A stretch of DNA of 64,000 nt from an uncultured bacterium (GTDB lineage Bacteria; Krumholzibacteriota; Krumholzibacteriia; LZORAL124-64-63), in assembly GCA_937864225.1 (NCBI GenBank), contig CALMJK010000005.1, positions 456,212 to 520,211 of the forward strand, read 5' to 3'. The stretch's first letter is position 1. Each line of letters starts with the position of its first letter. The notes beneath the pieces are model-generated. The model ran no database searches. It had not been told where the DNA came from and saw only the letters and a list, made by a program, of their open reading frames with translations. Below are positions 1 through 8,360 of the stretch, one piece after another. The translations under genes were made by a program, and so were the position numbers.

Positions 1-852
1 GCCGCCGCCCGCTTGCGCGCTCTCTACGTGCAAGGCCCGCGCAGCGAACTGGAGACGGTCTTGCTGGCCCGCAGTTACACGGCGCTGGTCGCGCGTCTGA
101 AGTATGCCACGACCATGGCCCGTCTCGACCGCCAGCTGCTGGAGCGCACCCGCCAGCAAGGGTTGGCCGTCATGCAGCAGGAGCAGCAGTTGCGGGAAGC
201 GATGGCCGGAGTCTGGGAGGCGCGCGAGGAGGCCCGCAACGAGAGCGTGCGGCTGGTCGACATCGAAGCGGAAAGACGGAGCAGCCTGCTGGGCGTGCGC
301 CAGCAGAAGCGGGCCGCCCAGAGCAGCCTCGCCGAATTGGAGGCCAACGCCGGGCGCTTGACCGATCTGCTCGCCCAACTGGAGCAGCGACGCGTCGGTT
401 ACCGCGGGCCAGCGGAAGCATCGCCGCCGGACGCCGCGGGCGGCTTCGCGGCCATGGCGGGCTGGCTGGAGTGGCCCGTGGCCGGAGGCCTGATGAGACC
501 GTTCGGCCGTTCGGTGCACCCCGAATTCAAGACGGTCACAGTCCACAACGGCATCACCATCGCCGCGGTGCTGGGCGCGCCGATCAAGGCCGTCGCGGCA
601 GGCACGGTGGCCTTCGTCGATCGTTTGCCCGGCTACGGGCAGTGCGTTATCCTTGACCACGGCCAGGGGTACTACTCCCTGTACGCCCATGCCGCCAGCG
701 TCGCCGTCGCGCGCGGCGCAACGGTGGCCCGGGGGCAGGTCGTGGCCCAGGTCGGCGAACCGGAGGGCGGGGACAGACCCCAGCTCTATTTCGAGATCCG
801 CCAAGGGCGCGCGCCGGTCGATCCGCAGCTCTGGCTGCGCCCGCAACCCTGA
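1..852 (+). CDS. M23 family metallopeptidase with N-terminal coiled-coil (EnvC-like murein hydrolase activator); 5' end outside window
   Basis: Frame open from nt 1; C-terminal LytM/M23 signature (…HNGITIAA…GYGQCVILDHGQGYYSLYAHAASV…) after Q/E/R-rich coiled-coil. Confidence 0.85.
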   Translation, partial: AAARLRALYVQGPRSELETVLLARSYTALVARLKYATTMARLDRQLLERTRQQGLAVMQQEQQLREAMAGVWEAREEARNESVRLVDIEAERRSSLLGVRQQKRAAQSSLAELEANAGRLTDLLAQLEQRRVGYRGPAEASPPDAAGGFAAMAGWLEWPVAGGLMRPFGRSVHPEFKTVTVHNGITIAAVLGAPIKAVAAGTVAFVDRLPGYGQCVILDHGQGYYSLYAHAASVAVARGATVARGQVVAQVGEPEGGDRPQLYFEIRQGRAPVDPQLWLRPQP

Positions 853-869
853 ACCGACAGGAGCCTTCC

Positions 870-2045
870 TTGTCGCAGGCCGGATTCTGGGCGCGGCCGG
901 CCGTGCTCGCGCGTCTGCGGCAAGCGTTCGGCGGGGACGCGGCGGGACGGGCTTGGCTGTTGGTCGGACCCGAAGGGTCGGGCAAGGAGGGCACGGCGCT
1001 CGAGGCGGCGCGCCTGGCCAACTGTCCTCGCCCCAGCGCCTGCGAGGGCCCGCCGTTGTGCGAGAGCTGCCAGAAGGCCGTCACCTTCCAGCACCCCGAC
1101 ATCCGCTGGTTCGGCCCGGCGCCGGCTTCGCTGACGGAGGACGAGGCGCGGGCGGTGCTCCAAGCCAAGCGTCAGGACCCTTTCTTTCAGCCGCCGTTCG
1201 CGGCTTCCGCCGAGATCACCATCGGATCGCCGGAGGATCCCGGTCCGTTCACCGTGAGGGCCTTGTTGCGTTTTCTGCGCCTGCAACCCTTTCAGGGCCG
1301 TTTCAAGCTCGCGATTCTGGCCGGCGCTCACCGGCTGACCCCCGAGGCCGCCAACGCGCTGCTGAAGACCCTCGAAGAGCCGCCGCCCGCGGCCCTCATC
1401 TTTCTGCTCACTTCGAATCGGGCGGCCTTGCTGCCGACCATCGTTTCGCGGTGCCAGCTCGTGCGCTTCGACCCCTACGCCGAGGAGGAGTTGGTGGCGC
1501 TGCTGATCGCGCGCGGCCTCGACGCCGAGCAGGCGGCGGCGCTGGCGCGGACCGCGGACGGGAGCGTCCGCAAGGCGCTCGCGCTGTGCGAGCCGGCCGC
1601 GGCGGCGGTCCTGGCCTGGGCCGGCGACCTGATCGAACGGATCCACGCGGGCGGCGGGGCCGCGGCCCAGGTCGCGGCGGAGATGCTGCACAAGGGCACG
1701 GCGCCGGCCGCTGCCGACGGCCCGGAAGCGCTTCCGCCCGCCAGCGATCTGGCGGCCAAGCGCGAGCGCGCCATGCAGCTGTGCGAGATGCTCGTTCTGT
1801 ATTACAGTGAGCTGGTGTCTTGCCGCGAAAGGGGCGAGCTGTGGCGGCCGCGGGCCGGCCGGGCCCGCTCCCTGGCGGCGCTGGCGAAGCAGCGCTCGAG
1901 CCGTGGTTTGCTCGCCGACATCCAGCTCATCGAGCGCGCCAAGCGCGACATCGATCGCAACCTGAACATCGGCCTGACGATGGCCGTGCTCCTGCAGGGG
2001 CTGATAGACAATGCCCAACTCGACGGGGCCGGCGCCGGCCGCTGA
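870..2045 (+). CDS. holB: DNA polymerase III delta' subunit
   Basis: AAA+ P-loop GPEGSGKE, Zn-finger CESCQ, sensor motifs KLAILAGAHRLTPEAANALLKTLEEPP…TIVSRCQLVRF; TTG start per track. Confidence 0.85.
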   Translation: MSQAGFWARPAVLARLRQAFGGDAAGRAWLLVGPEGSGKEGTALEAARLANCPRPSACEGPPLCESCQKAVTFQHPDIRWFGPAPASLTEDEARAVLQAKRQDPFFQPPFAASAEITIGSPEDPGPFTVRALLRFLRLQPFQGRFKLAILAGAHRLTPEAANALLKTLEEPPPAALIFLLTSNRAALLPTIVSRCQLVRFDPYAEEELVALLIARGLDAEQAAALARTADGSVRKALALCEPAAAAVLAWAGDLIERIHAGGGAAAQVAAEMLHKGTAPAAADGPEALPPASDLAAKRERAMQLCEMLVLYYSELVSCRERGELWRPRAGRARSLAALAKQRSSRGLLADIQLIERAKRDIDRNLNIGLTMAVLLQGLIDNAQLDGAGAGR

Positions 2046-2970
2046 AGGACAGCGCAACCCGCGGCGTCGCCGCTCGGCGGGGCGCGACGCGGATTTCACG
2101 CCTCCCGAGGGCGAGAATCTCGTTCTGGTGCGCTTCAAGGGGCGGCGCAAGGGGTGCTACCACAACCGCCGCGGCGTGCCGGTGGCCAAGGGCGACTACT
2201 GCGTGGTCGAGGCCGATCGCGGCAAGGACCTCGGCCGGGCCGAGTACGTGGGGCCCGGCCGCCCGCATTGGTGGCGAGAGGCGCTCGAGCAGGGCGTCAT
2301 CGCCCTCGCCCGACCCGAGGATCTGGCCCGGCTGCACGACGGCCGCGCCGACGAGGGTCAGTTTCTCGACATCTGTCGCGAGAAGATCCACGCCCGCGCC
2401 CTGCCGATGGATCTGGTCGGCGTGGAGCGGCGTTTCGACCACAACAAGATCACGTTCTACTTCACGGCCGAACAGCGGGTCGATTTTCGCGATCTCGTGC
2501 GGGACCTGGCCGCCGTCTTCCGCACGCGCATCGAGCTGCGCCAGATCGGCGTGCGCGACGAGGCCAGGCTCAAGGGCGGCCTCGGCATCTGTGGTCGCGA
2601 GCTGTGCTGCAGCGGTTTTCTCGCGGACTTCGTGTCGGTGACCCTGAAGATGGCCAAGGATCAGCAGTTGCCGTTGAGTCCGAACAAGCTGTCCGGTCTG
2701 TGCGGGCGCCTGCGTTGCTGCCTGACCTATGAGCAGGAGGCGTACCGCGACGCGCTGGCGCGGTCGCCACGCGTGGGGGCCAGCGTGCGCGCGGGGGACC
2801 GCGACGGCGTGGTGCGCAAGATCGACCTCGTGCGCGAGACCGTGACGGTCCAATTCACGGACGGCGAAGAGGTCGCGGTGCTCTCGCCCGACCACCTGAC
2901 GTGGGACCGCGACCAGGGTCTGCCCGCGGCCCGGTCGCGCGGGCCAAGGCGTTGCAAGCGGCCCCGCTGA
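2011..2970 (+). CDS. yaaT: PSP1 C-terminal domain protein (YaaT/RicT-like); true start probably downstream of 2045
   Basis: PSP1 domain hallmarks (…KITFYFTAEQRVDFRDLVRDLAAVFRTRIELRQIG…ICGRELCCSGFL…CGRLRCCLTYE); follows holB as in Bacillus. Confidence 0.8.
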   Translation: MPNSTGPAPAAEGQRNPRRRRSAGRDADFTPPEGENLVLVRFKGRRKGCYHNRRGVPVAKGDYCVVEADRGKDLGRAEYVGPGRPHWWREALEQGVIALARPEDLARLHDGRADEGQFLDICREKIHARALPMDLVGVERRFDHNKITFYFTAEQRVDFRDLVRDLAAVFRTRIELRQIGVRDEARLKGGLGICGRELCCSGFLADFVSVTLKMAKDQQLPLSPNKLSGLCGRLRCCLTYEQEAYRDALARSPRVGASVRAGDRDGVVRKIDLVRETVTVQFTDGEEVAVLSPDHLTWDRDQGLPAARSRGPRRCKRPR

Positions 2971-2978
2971 GGCGCGGC

Positions 2979-3791
2979 GTGTTCGTCGACAGCCACATTC
3001 ACCTCGGTCGCGACGACTTCGCGCCGGACCGCGCCGAGACGATCGGGCGCGCGGTCGCCGCGGGCGTGGCCCGCTTCCTGGAGGTCGGCTACGACCTCGC
3101 CAGCAGCGAGCGGGCGGTGCAACTCGCCGCCGCCGAGCCGCGGTTCCAGGCCACGGTCGGCGTGCATCCCCACGATGCCGCGGGCTTGGCCTCTGCCGAC
3201 GGGCGGATCACGGCCGAGGGGGAGGCCGCGCTGGCGCGGCTGGCGGAGTTGGCCGCGCACCCGGCGGTGGCGGCCGTCGGCGAAATCGGGCTCGACTTCT
3301 TCCGCGACCTTTCGCCGCGTCCCGCCCAGGCGGCGGCGCTGCGGGCGCAACTCGCGCTCGCCGAGCGCCTGCGGCTGCCGGTCGTGCTGCACGTGCGCGA
3401 CGCTTACGCCCAGGCCATCGCCCTGCTCCAGGAAGCGGGCTTGCCGTCGCGCCGCGGCGTCTTCCACAGCTTCGCCGGCGACGCGGCGACGGCCCGCTGG
3501 GCGCTGGCCCATGGCTTTCGCCTGGGCATCGGCGGGCCGATCACGTACCGCGGCGGCCGGCTGGCCGACGTCGTGCGCGAAACCGGCGGCCACGGTCTGC
3601 TGTTGGAAACCGACGCGCCCTGGCTGCCGCCCCACCCTCACCGCGGCCGGCGCAACGAACCGGCTTGGCTGCCTTTGATCGCCGAGGCCGTGGCCGCGGC
3701 TTGCGGCGAGACCGTGGAAGAAGTGGCGCGCCGCACGACGGCGGGATACGCTGCCCTGTTCGCGGGCCCGGACGGCGCCTGCGACGCTTGA
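2979..3791 (+). CDS. TatD family metal-dependent hydrolase/DNase
   Basis: VDSHIHL…GEIGLDF…LPVVLHVRDA…FHSFAG…ETDAPWL motifs; GTG start 9 nt after yaaT stop (track ORF begins earlier at 2901). Confidence 0.85.
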   Translation: MFVDSHIHLGRDDFAPDRAETIGRAVAAGVARFLEVGYDLASSERAVQLAAAEPRFQATVGVHPHDAAGLASADGRITAEGEAALARLAELAAHPAVAAVGEIGLDFFRDLSPRPAQAAALRAQLALAERLRLPVVLHVRDAYAQAIALLQEAGLPSRRGVFHSFAGDAATARWALAHGFRLGIGGPITYRGGRLADVVRETGGHGLLLETDAPWLPPHPHRGRRNEPAWLPLIAEAVAAACGETVEEVARRTTAGYAALFAGPDGACDA

Positions 3792-3817
3792 CACGAATGG
3801 GACTGTTTTGGTACAAT
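3788..3817 (+). promoter_or_regulatory. Near-consensus sigma70 promoter TTGACA-N18-TGgTACAAT (extended -10) overlapping the tatD stop codon; ~180-nt leader before ksgA
   Basis: Read directly: ttgaca(3788-3793) … tg g tacaat(3809-3817), in a locally AT-richer stretch of a 70% GC genome. Confidence 0.55.
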
Positions 3818-3998
3818 CTTTGCTAATACCGCTCCGTACCCACCTGGCTCGCTCTGGCGCGGAGGCAGATCCGCACATCCTTTCGCTATCGCGTTCCGGT
3901 GCCAATTCCGTCCAGACGTTTCGTACACCGCGGGTGGCCGCTGCGCCCGCGGGCGTGGAGCACGTCGAGGACACAGTGTTCACCCGCGTGGCCGGCGG

Positions 3999-4850
3999 GT
4001 GGGGGGCGCGGCGGTGAAGGAAACCCAGTTGGACCTCTTGCGCGCCCACGGGATCCGCCCCGTCCGGCGGCGCGGACAAAATTTTCTCCTCGATGCCAAC
4101 CTGGCCCGGGCGATCGCGGCCGACGTCGTCGCCCTGGGACGGGACGTCCTGGAGCTGGGGGCGGGGGCGGGCGCGCTGACGCGGCCCTTGCTCGAGGCCG
4201 GCGCGGCGGTCACGGCCGTGGAAGTCGACCGCCGACTGTGCGCGGTGCTCAGGGAGCAATTGGGCGAGCGGCCGGGTTTCCGGCTTTGCGAGGCCGATCT
4301 GGCGCAACTCGACTGGGCGCGGGCGCTGGCCGAGTCCGGCCCGCGTCCGGTCGTGGCCGGCAACCTGCCGTACGTGCTCACGAGCACGGTCCTGTTCGCG
4401 CTGGCGGCGCAGCGCGAGCGGGTCGCGGGCGCGGTCCTGATGGTCCAGCGGGAGGTCGCGCAGCGTTTGACCGCCTCGCCCGGCGGCCGCGATTACGGCG
4501 TGCTGGCGGCGCTCCTAGGCGCGGCGTTCAGGTGCCGGGTGGTGCGGTCGGTGCCGCCGACGGTGTTCTGGCCACGCCCGGACGTGGATTCGGCCGTCGT
4601 GCGCCTGGTCCCGCTGGCGGCGAACTGGCCGGAGGCTGAATGGCGCCGCTATCAGGCGGCCGTGAAGGCTCTGTTCGGCCAGCGACGCAAGAAGACGGGC
4701 ACGCTCCTGCGGTCCCTCTGGGGACTGACGGCGGCGGAAGCGGCGGCGGTCGCGCAGGCGGCCGGCGTGACGCTGGACGCGCGGCCGGAGCAGCTGCCCA
4801 CGGCGCAACTGCGGGCCCTCGCGGCGCGGTTGCCGGAGGACGGCGCGTGA
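3999..4850 (+). CDS. rsmA: 16S rRNA (adenine1518/1519-N6)-dimethyltransferase
   Basis: GQNFLLD, LELGAGAGALT, GNLPY motifs; likely true start GTG ~4012 (VKETQLD) after G-rich RBS. Confidence 0.9.
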   Translation: MGGAAVKETQLDLLRAHGIRPVRRRGQNFLLDANLARAIAADVVALGRDVLELGAGAGALTRPLLEAGAAVTAVEVDRRLCAVLREQLGERPGFRLCEADLAQLDWARALAESGPRPVVAGNLPYVLTSTVLFALAAQRERVAGAVLMVQREVAQRLTASPGGRDYGVLAALLGAAFRCRVVRSVPPTVFWPRPDVDSAVVRLVPLAANWPEAEWRRYQAAVKALFGQRRKKTGTLLRSLWGLTAAEAAAVAQAAGVTLDARPEQLPTAQLRALAARLPEDGA

Positions 4851-6916
4851 GGCCCCGCACCGCGCTGGCGGCCGCCGCGGGCCTGATCGTGGCGATGGGG
4901 CTGGCGGCGCCGCTGCGGGCCCTGCCTGGGGCGCTGTTGCTGGCCGTCGCGGCCGGCGACTCCTCGCAGGAAAACGTCCTCGACCTGGGGGGGCTGGTGC
5001 AGCAGCAGCAGGGGGCCGTCGCCGACTCCAGCGTTGCCGGCGCGGACACGACGGCCGGGGGCGCGCCGAGCCTGCCGCTCATCTGGACGCGGTCGCCGGC
5101 GGCGAAGCTGAAGGCCGACGTCCGCACGCTGCTTTGGCAGGGCATGTTCGAGAACACGTTGATGCTGCGCGACGAGTCGGTCCTGGCTGCCAACGGACGG
5201 TGGTCGTCGGAGGATTACCGCCAGCAGGACAAGACGATCGAGACGCGCAGCGGCTCGCTGCGCTACGCCAACGCCGGAGATTCGCGCTTGGAGCTGGGCG
5301 CCGAGTTGAACAACGAGTGGACGGAGGACCGCACCGTGAACCTCACGGGCAGCGCCAACGTCAACAAGCGCGACTTCAAGCAGGCCCGCGTGACCATGGA
5401 CAGCCTGCAGGCCAGCACGGCCGGCTTCGACCACAGCCTGCGGCTGGAGGGGCGGTTCGCGGACCAACGAGGGGCCAGCCTGGGCGTGCGCAACGAGTTT
5501 CGCGAGGGAACGGTGTCCGGGCGCCTCGCCAGCCGCTGCGCCGTCGCGCCGGGGCTGACCTTGGTGGCGTCGCTCTACGGCGAGAAGACCAAGGGGGACC
5601 GCGTGCTCGGCGCGGAAGCGCAGTCCTCAGCTTCGGTCGGCGACACGCTCGGCACCTGGGTCGGCTGGAAACGCGGCGGTCTGACGGGCTCGTTCGACCT
5701 GCGCGCCTCGGCCTTCACCAAGGACTATCTCGATTTTCGGCGCAACGCCAACGGCGTCGTCGACACGCTGGGCGCTTTGGAGAAGATCGTGCAGGAACTC
5801 GAGAGTCAGGATGCCCTCAAGCTCGCTTGGCAGAGCGCGTTCGAGGCGGGTCGGCTGCGCCTGAGAGGCTCGGCGGCGCGCACGGCGCGCCGTCACAACT
5901 TCCGCGCCAGCGGCGTGGGCGAGCGCGAGGCCGAGGACAACACGCTCGATCTGAACACGGCGTGGAACGCGCCGTCCGACTCGCTCATGCTCGGTTACGG
6001 CTACGAATGGCGCTGGGACGACCAGACCTACAAGGACGCGACTTCCTCGCGCGGACGCCAGTACCGGAAGCGGCGCCGAGCCGACGTCGGCTGGACGCAT
6101 CGTCTCTTTCGCCACACGAGCCTGCGGACGGTGTGGCAGACGAGCCTGCAGCAGGAGATCGCGCAGAACCAGTTCAACGAGAACGATCGCGACCGCTACG
6201 AGTCGAATTTCTCGACGCGGCTCGAGACCGACTGGAACAAGCGCTTCCGGACCTCGATGATTTTCGCCTACCGCCACATCGAGGAGATCTCGATCCGGCG
6301 CACCCGTTCCGCCAACAACAACGCCAAGGACACCTACGAGATAGCTCCGGGCTACTACTGGCCCGTGGCGAGCTGGCTGAAGGTCCAGCAGGACTACCGG
6401 CTCTCCATCCAGTACACGGAGTACCTGTTCGCCGGCTACCCGGGCGTGAGCGGGCGCGATGCCTACAACAAGCGCGGCACGATCAACACGAAGGTCTCGC
6501 TGCGGCCCAGCTCGCGCCTGACCCTCACGGCCGGGCACGACTGGAACGTGCGCATCGACGCCACGAAGAGCGGCGTGAGCGCCGACGGCGACGCTCTCTA
6601 CAGCGGCGACCTCGACCAGCGCATCTCGACGCTGAATTTCGGCCTGACCTACGTCGTGTCCAAGGCCCTGACGCTGCATGGGGCGACCAAGCGCGCGAAG
6701 GACGAGAAGGAGACCTTCGGATCGCGGGGCTCGTTCCTGGATCGGCGCGGGCGCGAGCTGAGCGTGGGGGCCGTCGTCAAGCAGACCTGGCAGGGGCGTC
6801 TCGGCTCCGGCGATCTGTCGGGCAGGCTGAGCCGCAACCTCGCGCAGGGCCCGAACGTGCAGCCGGCCGCCGCGGACTACTGGGACGCCGACATCTCCTT
6901 CACCTGGAGGTTTTGA
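4847..6916 (+). CDS. Outer-membrane beta-barrel protein, hypothetical
   Basis: GTG start overlapping ksgA stop (GTGA); signal peptide RPRTALAAAAGLIVAMGLAAPLRA; alternating amphipathic beta-strand pattern, C-terminal …ISFTWRF (aromatic terminal residue). Confidence 0.7.
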   Translation: MRPRTALAAAAGLIVAMGLAAPLRALPGALLLAVAAGDSSQENVLDLGGLVQQQQGAVADSSVAGADTTAGGAPSLPLIWTRSPAAKLKADVRTLLWQGMFENTLMLRDESVLAANGRWSSEDYRQQDKTIETRSGSLRYANAGDSRLELGAELNNEWTEDRTVNLTGSANVNKRDFKQARVTMDSLQASTAGFDHSLRLEGRFADQRGASLGVRNEFREGTVSGRLASRCAVAPGLTLVASLYGEKTKGDRVLGAEAQSSASVGDTLGTWVGWKRGGLTGSFDLRASAFTKDYLDFRRNANGVVDTLGALEKIVQELESQDALKLAWQSAFEAGRLRLRGSAARTARRHNFRASGVGEREAEDNTLDLNTAWNAPSDSLMLGYGYEWRWDDQTYKDATSSRGRQYRKRRRADVGWTHRLFRHTSLRTVWQTSLQQEIAQNQFNENDRDRYESNFSTRLETDWNKRFRTSMIFAYRHIEEISIRRTRSANNNAKDTYEIAPGYYWPVASWLKVQQDYRLSIQYTEYLFAGYPGVSGRDAYNKRGTINTKVSLRPSSRLTLTAGHDWNVRIDATKSGVSADGDALYSGDLDQRISTLNFGLTYVVSKALTLHGATKRAKDEKETFGSRGSFLDRRGRELSVGAVVKQTWQGRLGSGDLSGRLSRNLAQGPNVQPAAADYWDADISFTWRF

Positions 6917-7506
6917 TGCCGCGCGCGAGAGCAGGGGCGGCGACGCTGTTGCTTCTGGCGGTCGGACCGCTCGCGGGCGGCTGCCTGCTGGCGCCCCGCG
7001 AGGCCGAGCCGCCCGGCGGGAGCGTCATCGGCTATCTCCCGGACAGCGAGCCCGGCGCGGTGCTCGCGAACCTGGACAAGGCGCTGGCCGGCCAAGACGC
7101 CTCCGGCTACATCCAGCGCCTGGGGCCGGAGTTTCGCTACATCCCCGATTCGCAAACGTTGGCCGACTATCCGGCGACGGACTGGGAGAACTGGGACCGG
7201 GCGCGCGAGGAGGCGTTCATCACGTCCTTTCTCAACAGCGTCGACGCGGTCGAGTCGTCGCTCACGGAAGTCGTGCTCTTCGACGACTGGAGCGGCGCCA
7301 CGGCGGAATGGGAAATGGTCTATTCCCTGCAGGTGACGAGCCCCGGCGCGACGCAGCCGACGGCGTACCGGGGCCGGGCGTTCTTCAGGTTGGAGATCGT
7401 CGACACCTTCTGGCGGCTCGTGCAGTGGCGCGATGTGCAGGGGGAGGCCGACCCGGTCAGCGGGGCCACGCTCCAGACGATGGGCGCCCTGCGGGGCGCG
7501 TTCTGA
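6916..7506 (+). CDS. Lipoprotein, hypothetical (NTF2-like fold suspected)
   Basis: ATG overlaps OMP stop (TGATG); lipobox LAGGC after signal peptide; start fixed by codon arithmetic from 7506. Confidence 0.75.
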   Translation: MPRARAGAATLLLLAVGPLAGGCLLAPREAEPPGGSVIGYLPDSEPGAVLANLDKALAGQDASGYIQRLGPEFRYIPDSQTLADYPATDWENWDRAREEAFITSFLNSVDAVESSLTEVVLFDDWSGATAEWEMVYSLQVTSPGATQPTAYRGRAFFRLEIVDTFWRLVQWRDVQGEADPVSGATLQTMGALRGAF

Positions 7507-7533
7507 GCCGGACGGCCGTTTGGCGCGGGAGGG

Positions 7534-7562
7534 TGGTCAAAAGGGTCTTGATAGGCTATACT
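7534..7562 (+). promoter_or_regulatory. Candidate sigma70 promoter TGGTCA-N17-TATACT upstream of lipoprotein 7653
   Basis: Sequence read directly; GGAGG RBS 8 nt before ATG 7653. Confidence 0.3.
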
Positions 7563-7652
7563 TGTACGGATTTCATCTTTCTTCGCTCGCCACCCGAGAC
7601 AACGCCCCGCGCCGGCGCGCGCGGGTCGCCGATATGACGTGGAGGTCAGACG

Positions 7653-8261
7653 ATGCGCAACCGAAACCTGCTGCTGGCCCTGTCCGTGGCCCTGATGTGC
7701 GCCGCTTCCGGCTGCATCTTCTCGCCGGACGACGACGGCGGCGGCGGCGGCACGACCGTCGTGCGCCCCTTCCCCGGCACCCCGGACCAGGTCATGGAGA
7801 ACTTCCGCACCGCCTACTCGACCCGCGACCTCGACTTCTACAACGAGGTGCTGCACGCCGACTACCGCTTCTACTTCACCCAGGAGGACGTCCTGAGCGG
7901 GGCGGTGCCGACCGAGTTCTGGGGCAAGGCCGAGGAAATGGAGGCGACCGAGAACATCTTCTCGGGCAACGCCTACCAGAGCCCGGACGGCGGCAGCGAG
8001 GCGGGCGTCTCCGCCATCACCTTCAGCCAACTCGATCAGACGGTGGATTGGCAGCCCGTGGGCCCCGAGGATCCGGACTTTCCCAGTACCCAATGGGCGT
8101 CGTTCACCGTGGCCATCGACTTCGAGCGGACCGGCGACACGACGATCCAGGTGCGCGGCCAACAGCTCTTCTGGGTCTCCTGCGACACGGTCGTCGTCGA
8201 CGGCCTCAGGAAGGCGTACTACCAGGTGCGGGGCCAGCGCGACTACACCAGCGTGAAGTGA
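7653..8261 (+). CDS. Lipoprotein, hypothetical
   Basis: Signal peptide + lipobox AASGC, Gly-rich linker DDDGGGGG; GGAGG RBS. Confidence 0.75.
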   Translation: MRNRNLLLALSVALMCAASGCIFSPDDDGGGGGTTVVRPFPGTPDQVMENFRTAYSTRDLDFYNEVLHADYRFYFTQEDVLSGAVPTEFWGKAEEMEATENIFSGNAYQSPDGGSEAGVSAITFSQLDQTVDWQPVGPEDPDFPSTQWASFTVAIDFERTGDTTIQVRGQQLFWVSCDTVVVDGLRKAYYQVRGQRDYTSVK

Positions 8262-8285
8262 GCGCCTGATCCCGAGAGCGGACGC

Positions 8286-8322
8286 GCGCAGCGGGGGGCC
8301 GGCAGGTCCCCCGCGCGCTTTT
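8286..8322 (+). terminator. Rho-independent terminator after lipoprotein gene
   Basis: GCGCAGCGGGGGG-loop-CCCCCGCGCGC stem (11 bp, 1 bulge) followed by TTTT. Confidence 0.6.
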
Positions 8323-8360
8323 GCTGGTCCCGCACCGGCGCGCGCGCTTATGGTGGCCAG

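Noticed and set aside
5134-6915. Upstream 594 codons of the 790-aa plus-strand ORF 5134..7506
   Set aside because: Out-of-frame overlap with the OMP gene; R/G/P-rich. Only the terminal 196 codons (lipoprotein from ATG 6916) are real.
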